Shown: positions 48,790-62,393 of the stretch, one piece after another
Numbering within the stretch: position 1 is the stretch's first letter
How the letters are laid out: the number at the start of each line of letters is the position of its first letter
Assembly: GCA_030390025.1 (NCBI GenBank)
Contig: CM059431.1
Location: 148,988,001 to 149,052,000 of the forward strand
Direction: 5' to 3'
Length of the DNA stretch: 64,000 bases
DNA from: Squalus acanthias
Lineage: Eukaryota
Translations under genes and position numbers: made by a program
The notes under the pieces: generated by a model
The model's database searches: none
What the model saw: the letters and a program-made list of their open reading frames with translations, nothing else
What the model was told of the DNA's origin: nothing

Positions 48790-51700
48790 TTCCCTGCGCT
48801 TGGAGTGTTTGCTGGGGCAGTGGAGTGGAAGCTTTACATTGTAAGTAACCATTGCTTTACCTGCTTTGGGAGAGTTAGATGGGACAATGCACAAGGAGCT
48901 TTCCTCTCTATCTAACTCATGCTGTACCTATACTGGGAGTCATTGATGGGACAGTGCAGAGGAAGCTTTACTCTGTGTTTCCTCAGTGCTACACGTGCTC
49001 TGCGAGTGTTTGATGGAACAATGCAGAGGGAGATTTACTTTGTATCTAACCAGTGCTGTACGTGCACTGGGCGTGATTGATAGTACAACGTTAACGAAGC
49101 ATTACTCCCTATCTAACTATTGCTTTACGTGCCCTGGAAGTGCTTGATGGGACAGTGCAGAGGGAGCTTTACGCTGTATCTAACCCGTGCTATACCTGCC
49201 CTGGCAATGTTTGATGTGACAGTGCAGAGGGAACTTTACTCGCTATCTAAGTCACGTTGTATTTATCGTGGGAGTGTTTGATGGGACAGTGCAGATGAAG
49301 CTTTACTTTTTGTTTCACCAGAGCTGCACATGCTCTGGGAGAGTTTGATGAGACAGTGTAGCGGAAAATTTACTCTGTATTTAACCCGTGCTGTACCTGT
49401 CCTGGGAGTGTTTGCTGGGACAATGTAGTGGGAGCTTTACTCTGTATCTAACTCGTGCTGTACCTACCCTAGGATTGTTTGATGCGGCAGTGCAGAGGGA
49501 GATTCACTCAGTATCTAACTCTTGTTGTAACTGCCCTGTGGGTTTGATGGGTGTGTGCAGAGGATGATTTACTCTGTACCTAACCCGTTTTTTTACGTGC
49601 ACTGGGAGTATTTGATGGGACAGTGTAGTGGGAGCTTTACTCTGTATCTAACACGTGCTGTACCGGCCCTGGGATTGTGTGCTGTGACAGTGTAGACGGA
49701 GATTCACTCTGTATCTACCCCGTGCTGTACCGGCCCCGTGAGTGTTTGCTGGGACAGTTTAGAGGGTGATTTACTCTGTATCTAACCCGAGCTGTACATG
49801 CCCATGGTCTGTTTCATGGGACAGTGTACAGGAAGATTGACTCTTTAACTAACCAGCGCGTTACCTTCTTTGCGAGTGTTGATCGGATAGTGTACAAGGA
49901 GCTTTCGTCTCTATCTAACTCATGCTGTAACTATACTGGGAGTGATTGATGGGAGAGAGCAGATGAAGCTTTACTCTGCGTTTCATCAGTGCTGCACTTG
50001 CTCTGTGAGTGTATGATGGAATAGTGCAGAGGGTGATTTACTCTGTATCCAACCAGAATTCTACGTGCCCTGGCAGTGTTTGATCGGAAAATGTGGAGGA
50101 AGCATTACTGCCTACCTAACCATTGCTTTACGTTACCTGGGAGTGCTTGATTCGACAGTGTAGAGGGAGTTTTCCGCTGTATCTAACCGGTGCTGTACCT
50201 GCCCTGGTAATGTTTGATGGGACAGTGTAGTGGGAACTTTACTATCTGTGTAACTCAAGTTGTATTTATCGTGGGATTGTTTGCTGGGACAGTGCAGAGG
50301 AAGATTTACTCTGTGTTTCACCAGAGCAGCACATGCCCTGGGTTTGCTTCCTGGGACTGTGTAGTGGAAGCTTTACTCTGTATCTAACTCGTGCTGTAGC
50401 TACCCTAGGAGAGTTTGATGGGGCAGTGCAGAGGTGATATTCACTCTATATCTAACTCGTGCTATACCTGCCCTTTGAGTGTTTGATGGGTGAGTGCAGA
50501 GGGAGATTTACTCTGTATCTAACCCGTGCTGTACCTGCCCTGGGAGTGTCTCTTCGGACCGTGTATGGGGAGCTTTACTCTGTATCTAACCCGTGCTGTG
50601 CCGGCCCTGGAAGTGTTTGCTGGGACAGAGCAGAGCGAGATTCACTATGTCTCTAACACGTGCTGTGCCGGCCCGAGGAGTGCTCGCTGGGACAGTGCAG
50701 AGCGAGATTCACTCTATATCTAACCCGTGCTGTACAGGCCCTGGGAGTGTTTGCTGGGATAGTGCAGAGCAAGATTCAATCTGTATGTAACCCGTGCTGT
50801 ACCTGCCCTGGGAGTGTTTGATGGGGCAATTTGGAGGGAGCTTTACTCTGCATCTAACCCCTTCTGTACCTGCCCAGGGACTGATTGATGGGACAGTGTC
50901 GAGGCAGCTTTACTCTGCATCTAACCCCTGCTGTACCTGCCCAGGGACTGCTTGATGGGACAGTGTATAGGAAGCTTTACTCTGCATCTAACCAGTGCTT
51001 TACCTGCATTGTGCGTGTTTGATGGGAGAATGTACAAGGAGCTTTCCTCTCTATCTAACTCATGCTCTACCTCTACTGGGATTGATTGATGGGACAGTGC
51101 AGTGGAAGCTTTACTTTGTTTTTTACCAGTGCTGCACGAGCCCTAGGAGTGTTTCATGGGACAGGGTACAGGAAGCTTTTCTCTGTATCTAACCCGTGCT
51201 GTACCTGCCCTGGGAGTGTTTGATCGGACAATTGGAGGCAGAATTACTACCTACCTAACCAGTGCTTTACGTGCCCTGGTAATGTTTGATGGGACAGTAA
51301 AGAGAGATCTTTATTCTCTATCTAACTCACGTTGTACTTGTCGTGGGAGAGTTTGATAGGACAGTGCGGAGGAAGTTTTACTTTGCTTTTCACCAGTGTA
51401 GACGTTCCCTGAAACTGTTTGATGGGACACTGTAGTGGGAGCTTTACTCTGTATCTAACTCGTGCTGCAACTGCCCTGGGAGTGTTTGCTGGGACTGTTT
51501 AGTGGGAGCTTTAACCTGTATCTAACTCGTGCTGTACCTGACCTGAGAGTGTTTGATGAGTGTGTGCAGAGGCAGATTTACTCTGTACCTAACCAGTGCT
51601 GTGCGTGTACACGTAGTATTTGATGGGACAGTGTATTGGGAGCTTTACTCTGTATCTAAGCCGTGCTTTCCCTGCCTGGGAGTGTTTCATGGGACCGTCT

Positions 51701-52815
51701 AGAGGGAGCTTTACACTCTATCTAACTGGTGCTGTACGTGCCCTGGGATTGTTTGATGGGACAATGTAGATTAAGCTTTACTCTTTATCTAACCATTGCG
51801 TTGCATGCACTGGGACTTTTAGATGGGATAGTGTAGGGGCAGCTTTACTCTGTATCTGACTCTGCTTTGCCGGCCCTGGGAGTGTTTGCTTGGACAGTGC
51901 ATTGCGAGATTCACTCTGTTTCTAAAACTTGCTGTACCGAACTTAAAGTATTTGCTAGGACAGTGTAGAGGGTGATTTACTTTGTATCTAACCTGAGATG
52001 TAGGGCAACACGGTGGCATAGTGGTTAGCACTGGTGCCTCACAGCGCCAGAGACCCGGGTTCGAATCTGACCTCGGGTGACTGTCTGTGTGGAGTTTGCA
52101 CATTCTCCCCGTGTCTGCGTGGGTTTCCTCCGGGTGCTCCGGTTTCCTCCCACAGTCCAAAAATGTGTGGGTTAGGTTGATTTGGCTGTGATAAATTGAC
52201 CCTTAGTGTTAGGGGGAATTAAATATGTGGGGTTATGGGGATAGGATGGGATATGTTAGGGGGAATTAAATACGTGGGATTACGGGGGTAGGGTGGGATA
52301 TGTGTACTGTGTGGATTAAAGCAGCGACAGGGTACTGGATTTAGATGATCAGCCATGATCGTATTGAATGGCGGAGCAGGCTCGAAGGGCCGAATGGCCT
52401 ACTCCTGCTCCTAGTTTCTATGTTTCTATGTACCTGCACTGGGCGTGTTTGATGCGGTAGTTTGGAGAGAACTTTATTCTGTATCTAACCCCTGCTGTAG
52501 CTGCCCAGGGACTGTTTGATGGGACACTGTAGAATAAGCTTTACTCTGTATCTAACCAGTGCTTTACCTGCTTTCGGAGCGTTTGATGTAAGAGTGCAGA
52601 GGGAGATGTACTCTGTATCTAACCAGTGATCTACGTGCCCTGGGAGTGTTTTATCGGACAAAGTGGAGAAAACATTACTCTTTATCTAACCATTGCTTTA
52701 CGTGCCCTAGGAGTGCTTGATGGGACAGTGAAGAGGGAGCTTTACTCTCTATTTAATTCATGCTGTATCTATCACGGGAGTTTTTGCTGGGACACTGCAG
52801 AGGGAACTTTACTCT
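48790..52815. repeat. 67-bp satellite array
   Basis: Unit GGGAGTGTTTGATGGGACAGTGTAGAGGGAGCTTTACTCTGTATCTAACCCGTGCTGTACCTGCCCT; ORF starts 50459/50526/50593 show the 67-bp period. Confidence 0.95.
52003..52430 (+). mobile_element. V-SINE (HE1-like) inserted in the 67-bp satellite
   Basis: A-box TGGCATAGTGG, B-box GGTTCGAATC, V-domain GTGTGGAGTTTGCACATTCTCCCCGTGTCTGCGTGGGTTTCCTCCGGGTGCTCCGG, CR1-type tail; ATGTA on both sides. Confidence 0.92.
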
Positions 52816-53774
52816 GCAACTCTGATATATTCCACATCACTCACAATAATACTCTCTGATATACTACACACCCCTCACTGTAACACTCTGTTATACCCCA
52901 CACCCCTCACTGTAAAACTCTGATAAAACCCACAGCCCTCACTGAAATAACGTGATATACACCAAACCCCTCACTGTAATACATTGATATGTCCCACACC
53001 ACTCACTGTAACACTCATTGATATACCGCACACCCCTCACAGTAACAGTCTGATATCCCCCACAACCCTCACTGTAATACTCTGATATTCACCACACCCC
53101 TCACTGTTGCACTGTGATGTATCCCACACCTCTCTCTGTAACACTCTGATACACCACACACCAGCAACTGTAAACTTATATATCCCACACACGCGTAACA
53201 CTTTGATATTTCCTACACCACTCACTATAACACGCTGATATAGCCCACACCCCTCACTGTAACACTCTGAGATAGTACACAACCCTCACAGTAACACTAT
53301 GATATACCTCACACCACTCACTGCAAAGCTCAGATTTACCACCGCACACATGTAACTCTCTGATATAGACCTCAACACTCGCAGTAACACTCTGATATAC
53401 GCAAAACCACACAATTAAAAAATATGTTATAGCACACACCCCGCACTATAACACTCTAATATACCCACGCACCTCACACTCTAGCACTGAAATACCCCAC
53501 ACACCTCAGTGGAAGCGTCTGATATACGCCAAAGCTCTCACTCTAACGCTCTGATATAATCCACAACCCTCACTGTAAGACTGTGATATACCGCACACCA
53601 TACACTGCAGCAATCTGATAAAGCTCACACAACTCACTCTAACACTCTGATATAACCCATATCCCTCACTGTAACACTCTGATATATCCCACAACCCTTA
53701 TTGTAACACTCTGATATTTCCCACACCACTCATTGGGATACTCTAACATACCCCATACCATGCAACAATCAGAT

Positions 53775-54508
53775 GGCCCTGAAATTCGTCTCTCCGGCTT
53801 GCCGTTGGGCTAAGGATCGCGCGCGCACTTACCTACCATGCCTGCCGTTGACCTGTGGGCCCATGGGATCTTCAGCTCCTGGGCCTCTTCCAACTGCCAG
53901 CGCGCAGTGCTTGCTTGTCCCAGGGGCGCAGTTAGTGCGATGCGTCCCCTGGGATCACGTGGGCCATGGAGAGCCAATGGCAGCAGACCATCTTTCATTC
54001 ATAGATTTGACAGGAAGACGGCCCCAAAAGAACAGCTAAACTTAAAAAAAAATGTTAAATGAAACCATCACAATTAGAAAATAACTATAAGTTAAATAAG
54101 TTAACTACCATAAACAAAAATTTGAAAAAATTAAAATACTTTTTAAGAGTGCTAAAAATAAACTTACCTTTCTTTAAGGTATCAAAAATAGATGCACCTG
54201 AAGAAAAAGTTTTTAAATTATAAATAATTAAGCACTTACCTCGTTGAAAACGGCTACTACGCCTCCTTTTTAAAAGCGCAGGTTCTTTAATACTTCCCCT
54301 CCCGTAGAAAGCTGAAAAAACCCGAAGTTTGCTGCGTGCAAAAGGCCTCAACCTCTCACGCGGTTCACCAATGAACGGCCCCCTTCACCAGACCGGAAGT
54401 TCCGGTTTCCCGCGCATGCGCAGTGCATGCGGGAAACCGGCACTTCAGTACGCCTTACTGGTGAGTACATGGTGCGTACTCAGCCTGGAAGGGCCGAATT
54501 TTTGGCCC
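53775..54508. mobile_element. Non-autonomous TIR element (Harbinger-type MITE)
   Basis: TIRs GGCCCTGAAATTCG / reverse-complement GGGCCAAAAATTCG; 3-bp TSD GAT at 53772-53774 and 54509-54511; no coding capacity. Confidence 0.8.
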
Positions 54509-55175
54509 GATATATCCCATTCCAGTCGCTGTAACACGCTCTGATATACCCAACACCCGTCACTGTATCACTCTGATATACACCACACCACTCACTGTAA
54601 AACTCTGACATACCCTACACCCCTCACTGTATCACTCTGATATACACCACACCACTCACTGAAACAATCTGATATATCCCATACCACTCATTGTAGCAGA
54701 CTCTGATATTCTCCACACCCAACACTGTAACACTCTGAAATAACCCACACTCCACACTGAAAATCTCTGATATACCCCACAGCCGTCAATGTAGCAATCT
54801 GATATACACCACGCCGCTCATGATAAGACTGTGATATACCAAACACCCCTTCACTGTAACATTCTGATACACTACACAACCCTCACTGTAACACTCTGAT
54901 ATACCACACACCACTCACTGTAACACTCTGTGATGTACACCACACCCTTCACGGTAAGAATCTGAAATACCCAAACCGCTCACTGTAACACTCTCTGATT
55001 TACCCCAATTCGCTCACTGTAACACTCCGATATAGCCCACTCTCCTCACTGTAACACTCTTATATACCCCACACTGCTCACTGTAACAATCTGTTATACC
55101 CCACTCTGCTCACTGTAACACTCTGTTATACCCCAGAACCACAGTGTAACATTCTGATATATCCCACACCGCAGT

Positions 55176-55636
55176 TGTGGAAAGAAACCACTCGGTGTCA
55201 CGGGTAGGCTGCAATATGAGATAAACTTTATTACAAGTATGCAGGGGTGAACCTTCAGCGTAGCGAAGTCTCTCAAATTTACAATGGTCACGGCAGTTTA
55301 TTTATTCATAATCAGCCGTTAATTACCGATTAAGAACGCTTTGGCAGACGCTTCCCGCTATCTCAACTGTCCCAGACCCAAGGCCCTTACTTCTGCCTTT
55401 CTGCAGTTTTGTTTATCTTTATCCTTCCTCCAATTACCATTATCTTTGTTCAATGTTCCTTGTTCAAGTATTCGTCAATAAACGTTATTACAACTACTGA
55501 TATTGTTAAATCCTGAATCTGCGCTTTGGTCTGATTTTTGTCAAATTTCCATCATGCCTTGCAGTTAGTGTAAAGTTTTTATAGCATAGCTTCTAATGAA
55601 ACTCTAATATACATTTAAAGGTTACACAAACCTACA
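55176..55636 (-). mobile_element. Probable solo LTR
   Basis: ~460-bp insert in satellite; minus strand TGTAGG...AATAAA...TTTCCACA; TSD not evident. Confidence 0.6.
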
Positions 55637-57558
55637 ACTTACCCAATCACCGCTCACTATAACACTCTGATATACCCTTCACTCCTCACTGTTACACACT
55701 GATATACACCACACCCCTCACTGTAACACCCTGATATACTCCACACCCCTCACTGTAAAACTCTGATATACCCCCATCCCTCTCTGTAACATACTGAAAT
55801 ACCGCACAACCCTCACGGTAACAGTCTAATATCGCCCAAATTGCTCACGGTAACACTTTAATATAATCCACACCATTCACTGTAACGCTCTGATATATCC
55901 ACACCACTCTCTGAAACACTCTGATATAACTCGCAAACCTCACTGTAACATTCGATATATACCACACCCCTCACTGTAATAATCTGATGTACCCCACAAC
56001 CCAGTAACATTCTGATTTATCCAACACCACTCACTGTAACGCTCTCTGAAATACCCCACACCCCTAACGGTAAGATTCTGATATCCCCCACACCGCTCAC
56101 TGTTACACTCTGTAACAGTCAGATATAGCCCATGCCCCTCATTGTAGCACATTGATATAAACCACATCCCTCAGTGTAACACTCCGATATACCAAACATC
56201 ACTCACTGTTACACTGTGATAGGCACCACACCCCCGAAGCATTCTTACATATCCCAAATCCCTCACTGCAACACTTTGGTACACGACACAACCAACAGTG
56301 TAACACTCTGATATCACGCACAACCCTCACTGTAACACTATGATATACAGCACACCACTCATTGGCAAACACAGATATTTCCCACACACATCACTTTAAC
56401 AGTCTGATTTACCCCGCACCCCTCACTGTAACACTGTGATATAGCCCGCACCTCTCACTGAAACACACTGCTATTCCCCACACTCTTCACTTTGACACAC
56501 TTATATACCCCACACACCCCACTAAATCTAACACACTGATATATCCCAAAACTCTCAGTGCAACGCAATGATATACGCCATCTCTTATATAGACCTCAGC
56601 ACACGCTGTAACATTCTAATATTCCCAACACCCCTCACTGTAACACTCTGATATACACCACACCACTCATTATAACACTCTGACATACCGTAAACCCTCA
56701 CTGTGACACACTGATATGCAACACCCCACTCAAAGTAACACTCTGATATATGCCACACTCCCCACACCACACACTGTAGTACTGATATACCTCGCAGCAC
56801 TCACTGTAACACACGCTGATATACCCCACACCCCTCACTGTAACACTCTGATATACCCCACAACCCAGTAACAGCCAGATATATCCCAAATCTCTCACTG
56901 TAACACTCTCTGGTGTACCACTTATTCCTCATGGTAACAGTTTGATAGCCCCCAAACCGCTCATTGTAACACTCTGATATACCCCACTTTACACTGCAAA
57001 ACTCTGATATACTCACACCCCTCACCTTAACACTCTGATATACGCCACAATCCTCACTGTAACTCTCTGCTATACCACACATCCCTCACTGTTACACTGT
57101 GATATACAACACACCACCGAAGCATTCTTACAGATCCCACATCCATCACTGCAACACGACATAACCAACAGTGTAACACTCTGATATCAGGCACAACTCT
57201 CACAGTAACAGTGTGATATACCGCACACCACACTTTGTAAAACTCAGATATTTCCCACACACCTCACTGTAACACTCTGATTTACCCCACACCCCTCACT
57301 GTTACACTTTGATATAGCCCTCACCCCTCACTATAACACACTACTATTCCCCACACACTTCACAATAACACATGGATATACCACGCCGACTAAATGTAAC
57401 CCTCTGATATATTCCAAAATTCTCAGTGCAAAGCCCTGATATATCCCACACCCTACACTTTAAAACTCTGATATACTCGCACCCTTCATTTTAACGCACG
57501 GTTATACCCCACATCCCTCACTGTAACAAACTGAGATACCCCACAACACTTACTTTAA

Positions 57559-59883
57559 CTTCTTCTTCTTCTTAAGCATTCCCTTGGAAGCGAGGATGAC
57601 TTGCTTCCACAGTAAGAATGAGTTCTCAGGTGACTGATGAGTCCAATGCGGAAACTACTATCTCTGTCACAGGTCGGGTAGATGGTGTTTGACGGGACGG
57701 GTGTGTGGGGTACTTGGGTTGACGTGCGCTCCTTCCGAAATTTGTGTTTCACTTCCGCTTGCTCCAGGCGAAGAGACTCGAAGTGCTTGGTGCTTTCTCG
57801 GATGCTTCTACTACACTTTTTGTGATCCTGGGCGAGGGAATCCCAGGTGAAGGTGGGGATGTTACACTTTTTCAAGGAGGCTTTGAGGGTGTCTTTGAAG
57901 CGTTTCATCTGCACGCCTGGGGCTCTTTTGCCGTGTCGGAGTTGCGAGTAGCGCGCTTATTTTGTGAGTCTCGTATCGGGCATGCGGACGTTGTGGCCCG
58001 TCCATCAGAGCTGATCGAGCTTTGAAAAGCTTCGATGCTGGGGATGTTGCCCTGAGCGAGAACACTGACGTTGGTGCGCCTACCCTGCCAATGGGTTTGC
58101 GGCATCATGCGGAGGCAGCGTTGGTGGTACCTCTCCAGTGCTTTGAGGAGCCTGCTGTACATGGTCCATGTCTCGGAAGCATACAGGAGGGCAGGTATCA
58201 CTGCTGCTCTCTAGACCATGAGCTTGATGGCTGGGTTTGAGTTCCTCATCTTCAAACACTCGCTTCCTCAGGCGACCAAAGGCTGCACTGAAACACTGAA
58301 GAAGGTGTTGTGCATCGTCATCGACGTCTGCCCTTGTTGACAGTTGACTCTCGAGGTATGCAAAGTGTACTACGTTGTCCAAGGCCTCGTAGTGTATTTT
58401 GATAATCCGGTTACAGCACTGCGTGGCCGGGGCAGGTTCGTAGAGAACATTTGTCTTATGGATGTTTAGTGTAAGACCCATGCTCTCGTTCACTTCGGTG
58501 AAGGTGTTGACGATGTTTGGAGTTCGGCCTCAGTGTGTGCGCAGACTCAAGCGTCGTCAGCATACGGTAATTCGATGACAGTGGATGAAACGACCATGGA
58601 TCTGGACTGGAGGCGACGGAGGTTGAACAGTTCCCCGTTTGTTCTGTAAATTAGCTCTACTCCACTGGGAAGCTTACTGAGGTTGAGATGGAGCATTGCA
58701 GACAGGACGATCGAGAAGAGCGTTGGTGCAATGACACAGACTTGCTTGACCCCGGTCCGTACGTGAATTTGGTCTGTGGTGGGTCCGTTGGTCAGGGTCA
58801 CATTTTGTATGTTGTCGTGAAGCAGGCGGAGAATGCTGACAATCATTTGAGAGCAGCCGAATTTGACGAGGTTACTTCATACTCCCTCATGGTTGATGGT
58901 GTCGAAGGCATTTGTGAGATCAAAGAAGGCCATGTACAGTGGTTGGCGCTGTTCCCTGCATTTCTCTTGTCGTTGACAGCCGGTGAATTTCATGTCCATT
59001 ATGCCCATTAGTTGGCGGAATCCGCATTGCGACTCTGGGAGGTGCTCCTCAGCCACTGGGCGAAGGCGATTGAGGAGGATTCTTGCGATGACTTTCCCTA
59101 TGGCAGACAGCAGGGAGACTCCTCTGTAATTACCGCAATCGGACTTGTCATCTTTCTTGAAGATGATCACGATTACTGCATCTCTGATATCCCCTGGCAT
59201 GCTCTCCTCCTTCCAAATAAGCGAAATGAGTTCATATATTCGTGCCAATAGTGCTTCTCAGCCATGTTTTAGCGCCTCTGAGAGGATTCCATCTGCTCCT
59301 GAGGCCTTATAGTTCTTCTGTTGTCGGATGGCTTATTCAACCTCTTGCCGGCCTGGGGTTCAGCTGAGGTGGTGGTGGGTGGCATGCTGCGAGTTGGAGT
59401 TCAGGAGATTCGCGTCAAAGTCAGATTCTCGGTTAAGGAAATTTCGAAGTGCTCCTTCCAGCGGTCAATGACTGCCTCCCTGTCCTTGAGGATTACCACT
59501 CCGTTCTTGGCCGTAGTGGGGAAGGACCTTGGATGTTTGGGCCATAGGTCCTCCTGAATGCGCTAAAGAATTCACGCATGTTGGGTTTGTCGGCTAGCTG
59601 CTGGATCTCCTGCCCTTTCTCCACCGAGCATCTGTTCTTTAATTCGCGAGCTTTTTGTTGGACATCTGCCTTCACGCATCTGCAGAGCTGCTTTCTTGCT
59701 CTCGAGTTGTGTTGCTGTTTCCCATTCAGGAATGCCTTGCGCTTGTGGCTTATTAGCTCCTGGATCTCCTGGTCGTTCTCGTCGAACCACTCTTGGTGTT
59801 TCTTGGTCGAGTGAACGAGCGTCTTTTCACAGGTGCTGATTATGGAGGCCTTGAGTGCAGACAAGGCGCTGTGGAGACTCTCT
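57559..59883 (-). mobile_element. RTE-clade LINE, post-endonuclease to 3' end, cut by Harbinger insertion
   Basis: WFDEND, NYRGVSLLS, PESQCGFR, FFDLTNAFD, YADD, LLYASETW; (GAA)5 tail at 57559-57573. Confidence 0.92.
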
Positions 59884-60245
59884 GGGGGAAAAATTAGGTC
59901 GCGCCCCGTTTGGGGCACAAATATCGTTTGGACGCAAATATTAGCGCCTGGCGCTAATTATCGCCACTGACTGGAAACTTCACTTTTACCGCCCCGGGAC
60001 GTGAGTGGAGCGCTGAATCAGGCACTGCACACCTGTCTTAAGGTGCAAAGGCCGAGCAGTGAGGCGCTAACTCAGAGCGCGAGCGCAGCGCAGCTGCTGC
60101 CAGTTAGCGAGGGAACACAGACACACTGGCGCCGGCCAGTTCTTAAAGCGGGGGGGGGGGGCAACTTGCTCCCCAGCCACACCCTGCTCATTGCAGCTTT
60201 GAATCTCGGCCTGGAGAGACCTGTGAATCCATTTTGCTGCCAAGG

Positions 60246-62064
60246 ATGGAGAGGGTGAGAGAACGAACTCATCGCTTCACCGAGCGTGCCTTGGATGCTC
60301 TGGTTGGCGCGGTGGAGCGCAGAAGATGTATAATCTTCCCTTAGAGTGGCAGGAGGCCTTTGCCAAAAGTGTACAGAAGAGTGTGGAGGGAGGTGGCTCA
60401 GAGCGTCTCCTCCAGGAGCATGGTGCCCAGGACCCATGTTCAATGCCGCAAAAAGTTCAACGACCTCACTCGGGTCGTCAGGGTGAGTGGCTTTTTCTCA
60501 ATAGCTCTCCATCCCTCCATCTCAACCTCACTCTATGGCCAGAGGGTCTTAAAACCCCAAGGCACAACACTCATCCAACACCTATGGCCCTTTCATGAAA
60601 CACACACACACATTCCACACTTTGCATACAGTAAGGGCTATTCACCTATGGGAGGCACATCAGGCAAGACCATGGCTGTATACAGTAAGGGCTATTCACC
60701 TATGGGATGCACATCAGGCAAGACCATGGCTGTATATTTACTTAGATGCTGTCCTTTTTATTGCAGGCCAAGCTGGCGCATAATCGGAGACAGCACAACG
60801 GACAGGTGGAGGGCGGCCTCTGCTGCAACCCCTCAGCGATCTTGAGGAGCGCGTCCACAGGATTCTGGCAAGCTGGGTGATCGGTCCCGTCGCCACTGCA
60901 GACGCCGACCCCGTTCTGGACAGCAATGGTAAGGTCATCATCTTTTTGTCCTCTGTCCTTCCACTTGTCCCGCACAACACCAGCCTTTGACACTTTCAAT
61001 CCAACTTGCTAACTCGCTGCACTTATTCCTCCCTTACTGCCACCCTGTCCTCACGCTAAAGCCACTCTTGTACGTCCCTGCTTTCAGATGGTGATTCACC
61101 AGCTGACGAGACGGGCCCTGAAGCTGCCACTGGGAGTGAAGCTGCAGCCGAGGAGGAAGAGGAAGCCGGAGCATCAGCGCCACCCTCTCCCGAGAAAGCC
61201 CATGCCCACACTGGGAACACGCCTTCCCTGGAGGGGAGCAGGGGGGAAGGGTCTGATGAGGGTGAAGCTCCAGGACCCAGCGGGCTGCAGCAACGCCATG
61301 GGGGTAGGGAAGAACGGGGGCCTTCTCCCCAGAGGGAGAGTTTGCCAGAGACTCCTACTGCAATGGACGCAGAGGAGGAGCGGCTGATCGCAGAAATGAA
61401 CACCCAGGCGGTGGGCATGCACACTGAGCTCATGGGTGCAGTGGGAAGGGTGCCCGAATGCATTGAGTCACTGGCAAGGAGTGTGGAGCACTTCGCTGTA
61501 GCACAGGCGGATGCCACACTAACGCTTAGTGCTGCAATTCAGTCACTGGCTGCCGTGATCCCATCTCTGACTGCTCTCATGCAGACTCAGATTGAGGCCA
61601 CGCGAGCACAGACTGCTGCCAACCTCGATGGTTCGTTCACATGTCCCCGGGGCTCTCACAGCGCCGCAGCAGGCCAGCAATCTGTTCTCCAGCAGATTGC
61701 TCCGGATGCTGAAGTGCGGCCCCGTGGGAGTGCCAGTGTGTCGGGCGAGCAGGGAGTTGCTGTCCTCTCTCACGATGAGAGCATTCCTGCTGCCAACACT
61801 GTCACTTCTCCACTGCACTTGCCACCGCCTGTAGGACAGACTGCTGCCGCCCATGCAGAGTTGGTGCAGTCTGCAGCCGGGCCCTCCAGGCCCAGAACTG
61901 GTCGAGGCCGTCCTTCAGGGGCATCTGCAGTGTCAGGGTCTGACGATCAGCAGCCTTCCACCAGCCTTGCTGCAGCCACTGAGGTCCCATTACGGAGGAG
62001 CAGTAGGGTTAGAAGGGGGGAAGAGCGCAAGGGAAGGAGATCACCCTCGAAGGGCAAAAAGTAG
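60246..62064 (+). pseudogene. Harbinger Myb/SANT-like DNA-binding protein, 3 exons (60246-60482, 60767-60928, 61088-62064)
   Basis: RFTERALDALV..WREVAQSV..QCRKKFNDL..AKLAHN..RTGGG; GTGAGT/TTGCAG and GTAAGG/TTTCAG splice sites; TAG at 60342 and an apparent 1-bp frameshift near 60795. Confidence 0.85.
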
Positions 62065-62393
62065 GAGGTGTGACAAAATGCTGGTCATTTTTTTATTAAA
62101 GGCCGAGGTTCGTAGTCCAACTTTTGTTTAGTGTTTTGGACATTATCTCCAGGTTGTGAGAACCAGTTATGTTATTGACTGTTTTTTTGTGTTTATTTCT
62201 ATGAGTTTGTCATGAGGAAATGACACACACAGAGTTTGTAAAATAAATACGTTTTTGTATTCAAAATATACATGTTTGGTGTTTGGAATTATTGGTGCCT
62301 TGGCCGGCTTAGGGGTTGCGTGCTGGGTTCATTGATGTTGTTAGCATTGGCAGAAGCCATTTCCACAGCAGGGGCCCTAGAAGCGGCTTGCAA

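Larger units (their letters stand above)
52818..57550. repeat. ~32-bp satellite (ACTGTAACACTCTGATATACCCCACACCCCTC)
   Basis: Degenerate tandem array interrupted at 53775-54508 and 55176-55636. Confidence 0.95.

Noticed and set aside
52003..52075. tRNA genes (also 14855-14930 and 9890-9980)
   Set aside because: The A/B boxes are SINE heads followed by SINE bodies.
44830..57550. CRISPR-like array or repeat-protein genes in the satellites
   Set aside because: Units are contiguous degenerate monomers with no unique spacers and no cas genes; the ORFs are translation artefacts of the repeat.
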